A DNA stretch of 64,000 nt from an uncultured Candidatus Saccharibacteria bacterium (GTDB lineage: Bacteria > Patescibacteriota > Dojkabacteria > J137), in NCBI GenBank assembly GCA_964561155.1, contig CAZLOI010000001.1, positions 178,799-242,798 of the forward strand, in the 5' to 3' direction. Positions within the stretch are counted from its first letter, which is position 1. Each line of letters opens with the position of its first letter. The notes below the pieces were generated by a model. The model was not told the DNA's origin, did no database searches, and was given only the letters and a program-made list of their open reading frames with translations. The position numbers were made by a program, and so were the translations under genes. Positions 1 through 9,402 of this stretch are shown here, one piece after another.

Positions 1-587
1 ATTTAACCGATGGCGATGCAGAGGCTTCCTACGAAGTATTCTTTGAACTACTTAAGAGTATTCCGTATCTAATTGGCTTTGTAGAAAAGTATCTGGAGGA
101 ATATGACTGCGATATGATTCGACTTGGTAAACCTGGGCTTAGGCAACCAAAGCTTGTTGATCTTTATTCAGAAGAACAAAAGCAGGAACTCCCCTACGGG
201 AAAAGGACTCTTCTTGATATTACGGATTTCTATATAAGCTTTGCTGAGCTTGAGGAAATGTATGAAATTGGATCAGATGAAGATCTATTAGATGTGCTAG
301 AAACGAGAAGAGATGCGTACTTAGAAATCATATCAATTATATGGCTAATAAACCTTATTCGTTCAAACCCTCCTGTATATACCAAGAAAGGTCTTTTCTC
401 CAGAAAGGAGATTGTTGTTCCAAGTAGCAGAGTATATATCCAATTCAGGCAACTCAAGAGGGTACTGGAAAAAACTTTCGATAGACCCACAGACAAATTT
501 AGTGTATCAGGAGCTATTATAGATGAGGTGTTTAGGCTTACAGGTGTTAGCAAATTTGAGTTCCTGGGTAATAGATCTGAAGCTTAA
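1..587 (+). CDS. hypothetical protein, 5' end outside window (reading frame open from window start; ATG at 114 is internal)
   Basis: The frame of ORF 114..587 stays open back to position 3 with no stop, so the gene likely starts upstream of the window. No recognisable motif. Confidence 0.35.
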   Translation, partial: LTDGDAEASYEVFFELLKSIPYLIGFVEKYLEEYDCDMIRLGKPGLRQPKLVDLYSEEQKQELPYGKRTLLDITDFYISFAELEEMYEIGSDEDLLDVLETRRDAYLEIISIIWLINLIRSNPPVYTKKGLFSRKEIVVPSSRVYIQFRQLKRVLEKTFDRPTDKFSVSGAIIDEVFRLTGVSKFEFLGNRSEA

Positions 588-1217
588 CTACAAACTCTTC
601 TTGCTCTTTCTGTCACTTAGGAAGATAAGGCCTGGCCACAACGAACTTACAATCATTACCATTCCAGAGAAATATATAACTCCATTGAATGATTCTTCCC
701 CAAGACCTGCCAATTGACCTCCGAATATACCAAGGATAGCAATAGAAAGACTGATGATGGTGTCGTAGACTGCGTAAGCTCTTCCCGATCTACCGTCATC
801 TAGGTTAGCTGCAAAAAGCTTTCTCCAGTTAACTAAGTTCATAGATGCTCCAATTCCTATTACAAATTGTAGGAAATAAAAGAATACTGCTGTCTGGATG
901 AATGGGTAGAGCAGTAGAGGTAACCCCATTAATAAGTTACCTAACATTAGAAGGATAATCTCATCGCTATCTTTTTTAATATTGTCTGTTAGCATTCCTA
1001 TTGGTATTTGAAACAACACACGAGCGATATAGAAACACGCAGCACCTATACCTACAATCTCTACAACATCCATTTGTAACTTAGTTTGTAGAAACAACCC
1101 TGTGAAGGCACTCACAATTACATACATACCCCAAGTAAACACATCTGATAGTGTTAAATAAAGGATAACTTTATTTACTCCAGCCTTTTCCATTAAAAGT
1201 CTCCTAGTGTATTCCAT
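588..1217 (-). CDS. MFS-like 6-TM membrane protein (half-size, possibly truncated transporter)
   Basis: 209 aa, all hydrophobic helices. The MFS motif-A-like loop GMLTDNIKKD sits after the second helix. It is only about half the length of a 12-TM MFS protein, and its stop abuts the stop of the convergent gene at 587. Confidence 0.4.
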   Translation of the reverse strand: MEYTRRLLMEKAGVNKVILYLTLSDVFTWGMYVIVSAFTGLFLQTKLQMDVVEIVGIGAACFYIARVLFQIPIGMLTDNIKKDSDEIILLMLGNLLMGLPLLLYPFIQTAVFFYFLQFVIGIGASMNLVNWRKLFAANLDDGRSGRAYAVYDTIISLSIAILGIFGGQLAGLGEESFNGVIYFSGMVMIVSSLWPGLIFLSDRKSKKSL

Positions 1218-1255
1218 AAAAAGGTATAATTAATCAATTCAATTCTAACAAGATA

Positions 1256-1807
1256 ATGAGCGTCACTCAAAGTGAAATAGAAACAATATATGAAGGCTTC
1301 GTAGATGTCTTGTACAAATTCTTCTACTATAGAGTACTTTCCAAGGAAGTAGCTGAAGATCTTACCTCCGAAACTTTCATACAATTTGTTAAAGGATTAA
1401 AGGAAGACAAAGAAATTGAAAATCTAAGAGCATACCTATTTGGAATAGCGAAGATCATCTTCATAAATTACCTAAGGCAAAAATACAAAGACGCCATTCC
1501 TTTCTCACAAATATCAGAAAACTTTGAAGATTACATCGTTGAAACAGTTAAGGAAAGAGATAACCCACCTAGTGACGAAGACATGCTACTAAAGTTCATA
1601 GACAAAGTTCCCCCGGCACAAAGGGAAGTCTTAAGACTTCGATTTCTTGAAAAGAACACTTTAAGTGAGATTTGTACGATACTTGATAAGAATATGAACT
1701 ATGTTAAAACAACGCAGAAAAGAGCTCTGAAATCTTTAAAACAACTAATTGAAACAGATATTGCTGAACCTGATACTAACGACGTAGACCAAGAGACTGA
1801 ATCATGA
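1256..1807 (+). CDS. ECF-type sigma-70 family RNA polymerase sigma factor
   Basis: Region-2-like segment EDLTSETFIQF and region-4 HTH (REVLRLRFLEKNTLSEICTILDKNMNYVKTTQKRALKSL). 183 aa. A GGTATAAT -10 lies about 25 nt upstream. Confidence 0.7.
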   Translation: MSVTQSEIETIYEGFVDVLYKFFYYRVLSKEVAEDLTSETFIQFVKGLKEDKEIENLRAYLFGIAKIIFINYLRQKYKDAIPFSQISENFEDYIVETVKERDNPPSDEDMLLKFIDKVPPAQREVLRLRFLEKNTLSEICTILDKNMNYVKTTQKRALKSLKQLIETDIAEPDTNDVDQETES

Positions 1808-1884
1808 AAACGCTTAACAGAAGAGAAATATGTACACCAAGTACTACTATTAAAGTAAATCTATATAACTAGTATAATTACAAA

Positions 1885-3291
1885 ATGGCAGATCAAGAAG
1901 AGAAACAATTTGATGAAATCTTGAAATCCTTAAATACAAAGGAGGCTATTCCGACTGATAAATTTAAGAACAAATTGAAAGCTGAAATGATAAAGGAGTT
2001 CAAGAAAGGTCAGCCTAATAACGGTTTCTCGCTAACTGACTGGTATCTAAACTTCCTATCACTAGTCCTTGTTGTCATATCAATATCTTTAGTTGCATAC
2101 TTTGGGGTACTATATAATACAAACTCAGGTACAACTACTGGATCAACTGTAGTATTAACAGATCTTGATAAAGAAGAGATTTTAGAGAAATATAACAAGA
2201 ATAACCCAGAAACATTAACAAGAAAAAGAGAAGCTCCATTAGTTTCTTTCCCTGAATCACAAAAATCATCTAACTACTTTTCAACTCTAAAGAACCAAAC
2301 ATTTGGTAACGGATATTTTAGATGCACCGACTCCTTCCTTATAGTTAATCAAACTATTCTTGAAGAAACATTCTATGGTCAAGACACAACACTTGCAAAG
2401 GAGGTTGTTAGAAATGGAGTAGGGGATTTAATCTCTGAAAAAGTAGTTACATATACTTTAGATAAGAAGATAACTGAGGAATACAGAGGAGGTAACTACA
2501 TTGTAGTTAATTCTGAAGATTTTGATTATGACGATAGCGTTTCAAGTACTGCAGCAACCGTTACTCCTGTAACAAGAGACGGTGAAGAAGCCTTTGAAAT
2601 CGAATACAGAGCATTCCTTGATTGTAATGGAACAAAGGAACAGTTAATTACAGTTCAGTATATAAATGCGGTTACATTCAAAGTTGAATCTGAGGAAGTG
2701 TATCTAGGTACAAAAACTGAAAACAATCTATACAGCATTACAACTATTGATACGAGTGAGCGAAATATTAATCCATCAGAACGAATAGAGATATTTAATC
2801 TAGATCATCCCGTTGCCAGAGAAATTGTTGGAGACCCAGAAGATTTAGTAGAAACAATTGCATATCTTGTACCTGTAAGTATGGTTGAAGGAGTATCTTA
2901 TAGACCAACTAATATTGTTTCAGATATTTCTAATATCCACTATATTGATAGCAAGTTCTATCCTGAAAGTGAGTGGGGAAGAGATCTACTTGAGCATACA
3001 GTAAAGATTCTTGGTAACCCATCCCTTAGCTACGATATTCAGTTATCTCCATTTGAATTTGCAAAGGTTAACCTTTACGCAAGATCATTTGAAGAAGGAA
3101 GCAATTCTCAAGAGCGAACTGCTCGAATATCAATTAGTGGAGGAGAGGTGATAGCAACCTTTAGGCTCGCCCCTGTATCGTTTGGAGTAAACTCTACAAA
3201 TGAAATATCATTTGAATACAACAGTAACTATTACGTTATTGAAACACCAGACGTTGATCTTTTCAGTACACTAGGTAATTTTAATATCTAA
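1885..3291 (+). CDS. membrane-anchored protein, putative anti-sigma factor partner of the upstream ECF sigma
   Basis: About 55 aa charged cytoplasmic N-terminus, a single TM (FLSLVLVVISISLVAYFGVLY), then a roughly 390 aa extracytoplasmic domain. Located immediately downstream of the ECF sigma gene. Confidence 0.35.
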   Translation: MADQEEKQFDEILKSLNTKEAIPTDKFKNKLKAEMIKEFKKGQPNNGFSLTDWYLNFLSLVLVVISISLVAYFGVLYNTNSGTTTGSTVVLTDLDKEEILEKYNKNNPETLTRKREAPLVSFPESQKSSNYFSTLKNQTFGNGYFRCTDSFLIVNQTILEETFYGQDTTLAKEVVRNGVGDLISEKVVTYTLDKKITEEYRGGNYIVVNSEDFDYDDSVSSTAATVTPVTRDGEEAFEIEYRAFLDCNGTKEQLITVQYINAVTFKVESEEVYLGTKTENNLYSITTIDTSERNINPSERIEIFNLDHPVAREIVGDPEDLVETIAYLVPVSMVEGVSYRPTNIVSDISNIHYIDSKFYPESEWGRDLLEHTVKILGNPSLSYDIQLSPFEFAKVNLYARSFEEGSNSQERTARISISGGEVIATFRLAPVSFGVNSTNEISFEYNSNYYVIETPDVDLFSTLGNFNI

Positions 3292-3293
3292 AT

Positions 3294-3527
3294 ATGAAAA
3301 CTAGATTCCAGCTTCTACTTTGGATAGCAGGACCATTGCTTCTTCTTCTAGGAGCTTTTGCTGTAATAATCCTAAATGGATTTAACAATATAACGGAATA
3401 CGATATGGATATATTTGATTTTGAGACATGCGTACAAGCAGGTTACCCAGTTATGGAGAGTTTTCCTAGACAATGTAGAACAAATGACAATAGGGTCTTT
3501 GTAGAGAATCTATATCCAAATGCTTAA
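3294..3527 (+). CDS. small secreted/membrane protein (signal/TM plus two Cys)
   Basis: 77 aa with N-terminal hydrophobic helix LLLWIAGPLLLLLGAFAVIIL. Starts 2 nt after the upstream stop, so same operon as the sigma/anti-sigma pair. Confidence 0.3.
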   Translation: MKTRFQLLLWIAGPLLLLLGAFAVIILNGFNNITEYDMDIFDFETCVQAGYPVMESFPRQCRTNDNRVFVENLYPNA

Positions 3528-3794
3528 CTAATAGACTTCGTTGTGATTCCCTATATCAATAAAGATGTAAAAGCTCTTGGTTTCTACATAGATAATCCTA
3601 AGATCGTCAGTCACACTAAAAGATTTCTTTCCCTTTAAATTTCCCACAAGAATATGATTTCTGAGTATGGGATTATTTGGATCTTCTAGAAACAAGTCAA
3701 TTGCCTCGATTGTTTCTGAGTTCAATATTCTGTCCTTTTTTATTCTAATCTTGTAGTTTTGAGCAAATTGTTTAGTAATCCTAATCTTCTTCAT
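3528..3794 (-). CDS. type II toxin, RelE/ParE superfamily
   Basis: 88 aa basic protein with RelE/ParE-like core (RNHILVGNLKGKKSFSVTDDLRIIY ... IGNHNEVY). It overlaps the upstream small acidic gene by 14 nt, the classic toxin-antitoxin layout. Confidence 0.6.
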   Translation of the reverse strand: MKKIRITKQFAQNYKIRIKKDRILNSETIEAIDLFLEDPNNPILRNHILVGNLKGKKSFSVTDDLRIIYVETKSFYIFIDIGNHNEVY

Positions 3795-4101
3795 TCATTA
3801 CCGTGTCAACAAACTCTTCTCCAGACGATACCGTATACGCTGTGCCATCCCTAATAGCCTTTAGCGTTTCCTTAAGCTTACCCTCCAAATATTGTTCGTA
3901 CTCTTCAGATATATATTCAACCTTTGGTTTCTTGTTACTTTTCAGACCTAATTCAAATTCATCATTGTTAACTCCTCTCAAGAAAACCCTAATTAAATCC
4001 TGAACCGATGAAAAGCCCATGTCTGTTGCCTTTTCTTGACTCTTAGCGAGTAGCTCTGATGGAAGATTTATCTGAAATTTAGTGTTCTCCTTTTTTTTCA
4101 T
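3781..4101 (-). CDS. antitoxin (RelB/DinJ/ParD-like) of the RelE/ParE module
   Basis: 106 aa with a charged N-terminal DNA-binding-like region and acidic C-terminus. Overlaps the toxin gene; an operator-like inverted repeat lies upstream. Confidence 0.5.
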   Translation of the reverse strand: MKKKENTKFQINLPSELLAKSQEKATDMGFSSVQDLIRVFLRGVNNDEFELGLKSNKKPKVEYISEEYEQYLEGKLKETLKAIRDGTAYTVSSGEEFVDTVMNEED

Positions 4102-4120
4102 TTGGTACAGAGTAACAAAT

Positions 4121-4158
4121 AGTAGTATTACTATACCACTTACATACTACTTTGTCAC
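4121..4158 (-). promoter_or_regulatory. toxin-antitoxin promoter with perfect 8-bp inverted repeat operator (AGTAGTAT N15 ATACTACT) flanking the -10
   Basis: On the minus strand the layout is GTGACA (-35), 17 bp, TATAGT (-10), then a 28 nt leader to the antitoxin ATG. The inverted repeat spans 4121..4128 and 4144..4151 and brackets the -10. Confidence 0.35.
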
Positions 4159-4187
4159 GACTTTGATACAAAAAGTGGTGTTCAATA

Positions 4188-4808
4188 CTATTTCTTGGGT
4201 AGATTATCCAAACTTTTCCATAGATATCTACACGCATAAGATCTATATGGAGCCCATTTCTTCTGAAGTTTTATTATCTTTTCCTGGTTGTCTCTATCGA
4301 TCCTGTACAGGTTTGATATAGCATTTCGAACACCCAAGTCTCCGTATGAAAAGATATCCTCTTTTCCAAGACCAAAGATTAAAAGCATTTCTGCAGTCCA
4401 GACACCAATACCCTTAAGCTTTACTAGCTCATCAATTACGTGCTGGTCTTCTTTCATTGTCCTTAAGTTTTCTAAATCCACTTCTTTGTTTATTACACTT
4501 TGGCATAGAGACTTAATATACTTAATCTTTGCAAATGAAAGACCACAAGCTCGTAGAGCTGCATCTTCATGCTTAAGATATTCTGTCGGCTCTGATGTTC
4601 CAACTAGATTCAGCACTCTGACGTAGATTGTATCCGCAGCCTTTACAGAAAGTTGTTGACCAACAATTGTTCTAACAATATCTTGAAAGAGGTCTTCTAC
4701 AGGAACAATGGGAGGTAGTTCCCCAAACTTAGCTATCAAACTAGCCATTACTTTATCTTTTGATAGTACTTCTATGTAATTCATGTACAGATTATACCAG
4801 TAGACCAA
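4188..4808 (-). CDS. HhH-GPD DNA glycosylase (3-methyladenine DNA glycosylase II / AlkA-like)
   Basis: Helix-hairpin-helix GPD motif LKGIGVWTAEMLLIFGLGKEDIFSYGDLGVRNA with the catalytic Asp context. 206 aa. Confidence 0.7.
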   Translation of the reverse strand: MVYWYNLYMNYIEVLSKDKVMASLIAKFGELPPIVPVEDLFQDIVRTIVGQQLSVKAADTIYVRVLNLVGTSEPTEYLKHEDAALRACGLSFAKIKYIKSLCQSVINKEVDLENLRTMKEDQHVIDELVKLKGIGVWTAEMLLIFGLGKEDIFSYGDLGVRNAISNLYRIDRDNQEKIIKLQKKWAPYRSYACRYLWKSLDNLPKK

Positions 4809-4860
4809 TAAGTGTAATTTAGTATAATAATATTCGTTTCTACATTCTTAAAGCAAACAT

Positions 4861-6348
4861 ATGATTACGAACTTCATTAGAACTCATAAACCATTAATGT
4901 TTTTGATACTTTCAATAGTTCTTCTTCTTGTCCTACGACTCCCTTCAATCTCTGAACCACATTGGTATGATGACGAAGGCATTCATGCTGCCGTTGCGAA
5001 TCAGGTTAACCAAGGAGGAGAATTGTATGTAAATGGGTGGGACAACAAACCACCGTTCATGTACTTGTTAAACACTTTATTCGTTCAATCTGACAATGCA
5101 ATCTTGTTACTTCGAGGAACAAGCATACTCTTTGCTATTGGAACAATGGTACTTGTATTCTTAATCTCAAAGAAGGTATCGCAGGGTAGAGTGCTGTATG
5201 CAACAACATTCCTTAGTGCTTTGTTTCTAGGGCTTCCCTTTCTTGAAAACAATATAGCCAATGCAGAAAACTTCTTTATTTTCTTCACGTCTCTGGGAAT
5301 ATATTTTGCACTTAAAAAGAAGTTCCTACTAACAGCCTTGTTCTATGGCTTTGTCATATTCACCAAAGCACAACCTTTCTTTGAGTTCATTTCTATATTC
5401 CCGATACTTCTAATATTCCTAATACAAAGCAAAGAGAAGATTAGTTCAATTTCAATTAAGGTATTCAAAGGAGCAATTCTATTTGTACTACCGCTTGCTT
5501 TAACATCTTTGTACTTCATTTCTAGAGGTTCTTTCTCGGAGTTTGTAGATTCTGTATTGTTAAGCAACTTTAGTTATGTGGGTGAAGCAGCGGAGACTAC
5601 CAAGTTCTTGTTCTTAGAAAACAGTGTGTATTGGAGATTACTAGTTCTTGTTTTGGTTGTTAGCTTCATAGTATTCCGATATTTCAAAGGTAAAATACGA
5701 TTTGATCACGCCATTGTTTTCGTTTGGTTGGCAGGAGCTTTGTTTGGAGCAACTCTGTCTGGAAGAGGATACCCTCATTACTTGCTTCAAGCAGTTCCTG
5801 CATTTCTTTGTACTCTAGCTATTTTGTTTTCAGGGAGAATATTTTCAAGAAATAACCTAGGGAATGGCTTGATTGTGTTTGCTTTAATGACTATTGGTGT
5901 TGTCTATTTCTTTCAGGGACGATGGTTTCCAAACAACTTGGATTACAACAGCTACTATCAAACAGCATATGGTTTCTTGTTGGGAGATGTTAGCAGGGAA
6001 GAGTGGAATGATTATTTTGATACAAAGATGAACTACATGTACGAGGTATCAAGCTATATCGATGCTATGACTACGGATGGAGAATATGTATATGCAGTTG
6101 ATCAGAGTGGTTGGTTGTATGTCCTATCCCACACAAAATCTGCATCAAGATATGTTGCATACTACCACCTCTGGCATACCGAAAACAGGACACTGGAGGC
6201 TCTAGAAGAGATCAAAAACAACTCTCCCGTATTCATAGTGGTGAACAAAACAGAGGGTGTTTATACGCAGTTACAGGAGTATATTTCAGATAACTACGTA
6301 GAGGATACTTACAGAAGTGTTGAGTATTCTGTATGGAGAAGAAGGTAG
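4861..6348 (+). CDS. GT-C glycosyltransferase, ArnT/PMT-like (GT39/GT83 family) membrane protein
   Basis: Polytopic membrane protein with the first-loop DE motif (HWYDDEGIHAAVANQV) typical of PMT/ArnT-type lipid-linked sugar transferases. 495 aa. Confidence 0.55.
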   Translation: MITNFIRTHKPLMFLILSIVLLLVLRLPSISEPHWYDDEGIHAAVANQVNQGGELYVNGWDNKPPFMYLLNTLFVQSDNAILLLRGTSILFAIGTMVLVFLISKKVSQGRVLYATTFLSALFLGLPFLENNIANAENFFIFFTSLGIYFALKKKFLLTALFYGFVIFTKAQPFFEFISIFPILLIFLIQSKEKISSISIKVFKGAILFVLPLALTSLYFISRGSFSEFVDSVLLSNFSYVGEAAETTKFLFLENSVYWRLLVLVLVVSFIVFRYFKGKIRFDHAIVFVWLAGALFGATLSGRGYPHYLLQAVPAFLCTLAILFSGRIFSRNNLGNGLIVFALMTIGVVYFFQGRWFPNNLDYNSYYQTAYGFLLGDVSREEWNDYFDTKMNYMYEVSSYIDAMTTDGEYVYAVDQSGWLYVLSHTKSASRYVAYYHLWHTENRTLEALEEIKNNSPVFIVVNKTEGVYTQLQEYISDNYVEDTYRSVEYSVWRRR

Positions 6349-6390
6349 TTTACAGGAATAGTTAACTATAAAGGTCTTGGTTCCTTTAAA

Positions 6391-7950
6391 CTATCTAGTA
6401 ATCTGGAAACCTCTAATCTCTTCCAATAGATTCTTTGCAAAGTCATCTTCTTCGAAGTGCTTTCTAACAGGATCTAATAGTTCATTTAGAGCCTTAATTA
6501 CTGCTACCTTTAGATCTAGTGGAAAGAGTTTCTTTTCTACAAAGTCTTTCTCCAATTCTTCGTATGAAGAATAACTAACATTACCTCCAAACCTTTCTTC
6601 TCTTTCGATATTAAACATACCGTTTGGAAGTAGAGGAGTAGCTCTCTTTAAATGATCTGCCTCGAATATAATCTGCTTACAGTAATCAAGAATTGGGTTC
6701 TCATCCGAAATACCTTCTGGACAATATGCGTTATTTATCTTTCTGGCTACATCATCTGCTGTATCTGTCATGAAAATAGCTGTATCTGGTTTAGATTTAG
6801 ACATCTTCATAGATATAGCTCGCTCAGTTGCATCTGCACTTTCTGATAGTGGCTTACCTAGTCCTTGTAACATTCCATGACTTAACACAACTGGTTTCCA
6901 GTATCCTATTTCAGGACCAACTTCTCTTGCCAACATATTAACCTTTCTTTGATCCATTCCAAGCTGAGTAACCTGACACTTCATTACCTCAAAAATATCT
7001 GCAACCTGCATGCAAGGGTAGAGGATTTGAGCTCCACTTAGATCATCCATTTCTGATCTTCCCATAATCTCTGTAGTTCGAAGGATTCTCTTTAAAGAAG
7101 CACTCTTAGATACCTTCATAACAGTTTCCCAGTATTCTCTCTTACCTACAAAATCTGATGTCCACAAGAACTCTACATGATCTGTATTCATACCAGAAGC
7201 CTTCCATATCTCTATAAAGTATCTTCCAACTTTCTTAATCTTCTCTAGATCACCTCCCATCTTGTTGTTTAAGTATCCAAACCAGTCTGCTACCCACATT
7301 CTGAAAGTAAAGCCTGCATCAATCATCTTGTTTGTATTGATAGCTCTGATAATACCTTGAGCTATATGCATCTGACCTGATGGTTCAAATCCATCGTATG
7401 TGAAAAGTGGCTCTTTTGAAGCAAATATCTTAGCTAACTCTTCTTCTCCAACAAGTTCCCCTCCATTTGCAGCTATAGATTTTAGAATATCTATCTTTGC
7501 TTGAATCTCTGGTGTTATTTCTACATAACCTGCCTTGTTTAATATAGTATTTACCTGCTCTGTAGTTAAAATATCTAACAACGACTTTCCTATCATATCC
7601 GCAGATACACTTAGGATCATTAATCCTACATGACCTTCACCTAGTCCAATTTCATCTTCTGCAAGCAACATTCCTTCTGATTCATATCCTCGAAGCTTCC
7701 GTTTCTCCAATACTATTCTTTCATTCCTTGTAAAAAGGTATCCAGGAACTGTGTTTCCAGGTGCCAAGTATGGAACAATATCACCTTCCTTAAAGTTACT
7801 AGCTCCAGTTACAACCTGTGCAATACCGTTACCTGTATTAATTTGAGTAACGAATAGGTGGTCTGAATTCTCATTCTTTTTTGATTCCGTAATCTTTACA
7901 ATAGTGATTGGCTTGAGTAAGTTTAGGATTTCTTCTTTGGATAGCGACAT
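6391..7950 (-). CDS. tyrS: tyrosyl-tRNA synthetase, archaeal/eukaryotic type, with N-terminal Trbp111/EMAP-like tRNA-binding domain
   Basis: Class I HIGH-region GFEPSGQMHIAQG and KMSKS both present. Long collinear match to archaeal TyrRS (YPCMQVADI, GMDQRKVNMLARE, KINNAYCP, FGGNVSYSSYEELE, RK at C-terminus). The first ~150 aa resemble the Myf/EMAP tRNA-binding fold (ESEGMLLAEDEIGLG). Confidence 0.85.
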   Translation of the reverse strand: MSLSKEEILNLLKPITIVKITESKKNENSDHLFVTQINTGNGIAQVVTGASNFKEGDIVPYLAPGNTVPGYLFTRNERIVLEKRKLRGYESEGMLLAEDEIGLGEGHVGLMILSVSADMIGKSLLDILTTEQVNTILNKAGYVEITPEIQAKIDILKSIAANGGELVGEEELAKIFASKEPLFTYDGFEPSGQMHIAQGIIRAINTNKMIDAGFTFRMWVADWFGYLNNKMGGDLEKIKKVGRYFIEIWKASGMNTDHVEFLWTSDFVGKREYWETVMKVSKSASLKRILRTTEIMGRSEMDDLSGAQILYPCMQVADIFEVMKCQVTQLGMDQRKVNMLAREVGPEIGYWKPVVLSHGMLQGLGKPLSESADATERAISMKMSKSKPDTAIFMTDTADDVARKINNAYCPEGISDENPILDYCKQIIFEADHLKRATPLLPNGMFNIEREERFGGNVSYSSYEELEKDFVEKKLFPLDLKVAVIKALNELLDPVRKHFEEDDFAKNLLEEIRGFQITR

Positions 7951-8021
7951 AAATATGTTCTAAGGTTAAGTTGATTGAATTATACGATCTTTAGATCGGT
8001 GATGTCTAATTGCTCTACAAC

Positions 8022-8522
8022 TTATTTCTTAACCATTGTAATTCTGTAGTATTCATCATCCATTCTATTCATATCTCCTTTGGGCATTCGGAGTTGTTTT
8101 ATAGTAAATCTGTCTGAATACCTTAAGAATTCATCTAAATCCCAACGAGTTAGCGGATATATGTAAACGCTTCCCTTATCTTCTAGAACTCTATCTAATT
8201 CGTTGATAAAGAGAGTAATTTCTCTTTGTCTCTCCTCACCATTCGAAGGTGTGAAGTAATAAGGAACAGACCATCCACAGATTATATGTCTAAAAAACCC
8301 ATTAGCATAAGGGAGGCTTAGTGCATCAGCGACAACAAGATTTTTCGTATCCTGAAAACCTTCTGTATGACTTGAAAGTCTATACAAGTCCCCTTTAGAT
8401 TTATATGGAAATGAAGCCTTCCCAGTTCCCAAATCTAGGATATTTCCCTCCAATTCAGTATATACCGCCTCTTCAGGAAGCCAATCTGGTGTTCTTGCAG
8501 TTAAAAGTCCTCTTGCTGCCAT
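8022..8522 (-). CDS. class I SAM-dependent methyltransferase
   Basis: Motif I ILDLGTGKA and post-I acidic strand LVVADALSLPYANGFF. 166 aa. Confidence 0.5.
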   Translation of the reverse strand: MAARGLLTARTPDWLPEEAVYTELEGNILDLGTGKASFPYKSKGDLYRLSSHTEGFQDTKNLVVADALSLPYANGFFRHIICGWSVPYYFTPSNGEERQREITLFINELDRVLEDKGSVYIYPLTRWDLDEFLRYSDRFTIKQLRMPKGDMNRMDDEYYRITMVKK

Positions 8523-8524
8523 AA

Positions 8525-9085
8525 TCAGAAACTAATATATTGCTTTGGCTTGTTTCTGATATTCACTAATTCCTGATATGCATCCTGAATCAACCCTACA
8601 GAAAGAGCAAGTGTAGTTATTACAGCTACAATACCAACCCAGAATAGAGTAGTACCTAAGACTACGTTTATAACGATAATTGATACTGCTACCCAAAGAA
8701 ACCCTAGCCATACTGCTGCTTTGTGGTAGATATCGTATGTATCCTTAATTAGACTCAATAGGTTTAGATCTGCTAACTGAGTTATAAATTTAGGTGATAA
8801 GTGAGTATCGTGGAAGAAAATAGCTCTTATAAGGTGGAATGAGAAACCAAGTGCTATAACGCTAAACATAATAATATCTGAATATGTAGATATTAATTCT
8901 GCATGATCTGAAGTTACTGATAGTGTACCGTTAAGTGCACTAGAAGCGTATCCGCTTACTGTATATGGTAAATCAAAGTATGAAATAACTAGGGCTATGC
9001 CTATAAACTTGCCGAAAATGACAAGGGCAGATGGGAAAAGTGAATTTTCCAGTATACTTATTAGAGATTTTTGCATTTTATGCAA
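8525..9085 (-). CDS. polytopic membrane protein, unknown function
   Basis: 186 aa with 5-6 predicted hydrophobic helices. Overlaps the rpsT stop by 8 nt. Confidence 0.35.
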   Translation of the reverse strand: MHKMQKSLISILENSLFPSALVIFGKFIGIALVISYFDLPYTVSGYASSALNGTLSVTSDHAELISTYSDIIMFSVIALGFSFHLIRAIFFHDTHLSPKFITQLADLNLLSLIKDTYDIYHKAAVWLGFLWVAVSIIVINVVLGTTLFWVGIVAVITTLALSVGLIQDAYQELVNIRNKPKQYISF

Positions 9086-9341
9086 CTTTGTTTACTGCTT
9101 TAGCAACGTTTGATTTATACCTCGCTGCAGCATTTTTGTGAATTAAATTCTTCTTTGCTGCTTTATCGATATTCTTGTATGCTTGCTTTAAAAGCACCTC
9201 TAAGTCTTTTTTCTCACCTTTAACTGTAGCTTTCTTAAGATCTTTTGTAGAAGATTTTAAAGCTCGCTTAAGTCTCAAATTGATTACTGATCTTCGTTTT
9301 GACACTCTGATCGCTTTTTTAGCTGACTTTGTATTTGCCAT
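9078..9341 (-). CDS. rpsT: 30S ribosomal protein S20
   Basis: MANTKSAKKAIRVSKRRSVINLRLKRALKS is the canonical bS20 N-terminus. 87 aa, very basic. Confidence 0.85.
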   Translation of the reverse strand: MANTKSAKKAIRVSKRRSVINLRLKRALKSSTKDLKKATVKGEKKDLEVLLKQAYKNIDKAAKKNLIHKNAAARYKSNVAKAVNKVA

Positions 9342-9402
9342 TCAAGTTATTATTGTTTAATTAACGTCCGATTATATCAATATTTCGTATAAAATCAAAG
9401 CC

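Noticed and set aside
4288-4626. 112-aa plus-strand ORF inside the HhH-GPD glycosylase gene
   Set aside because: Antisense shadow ORF with no motif. The glycosylase frame is clearly the real one.
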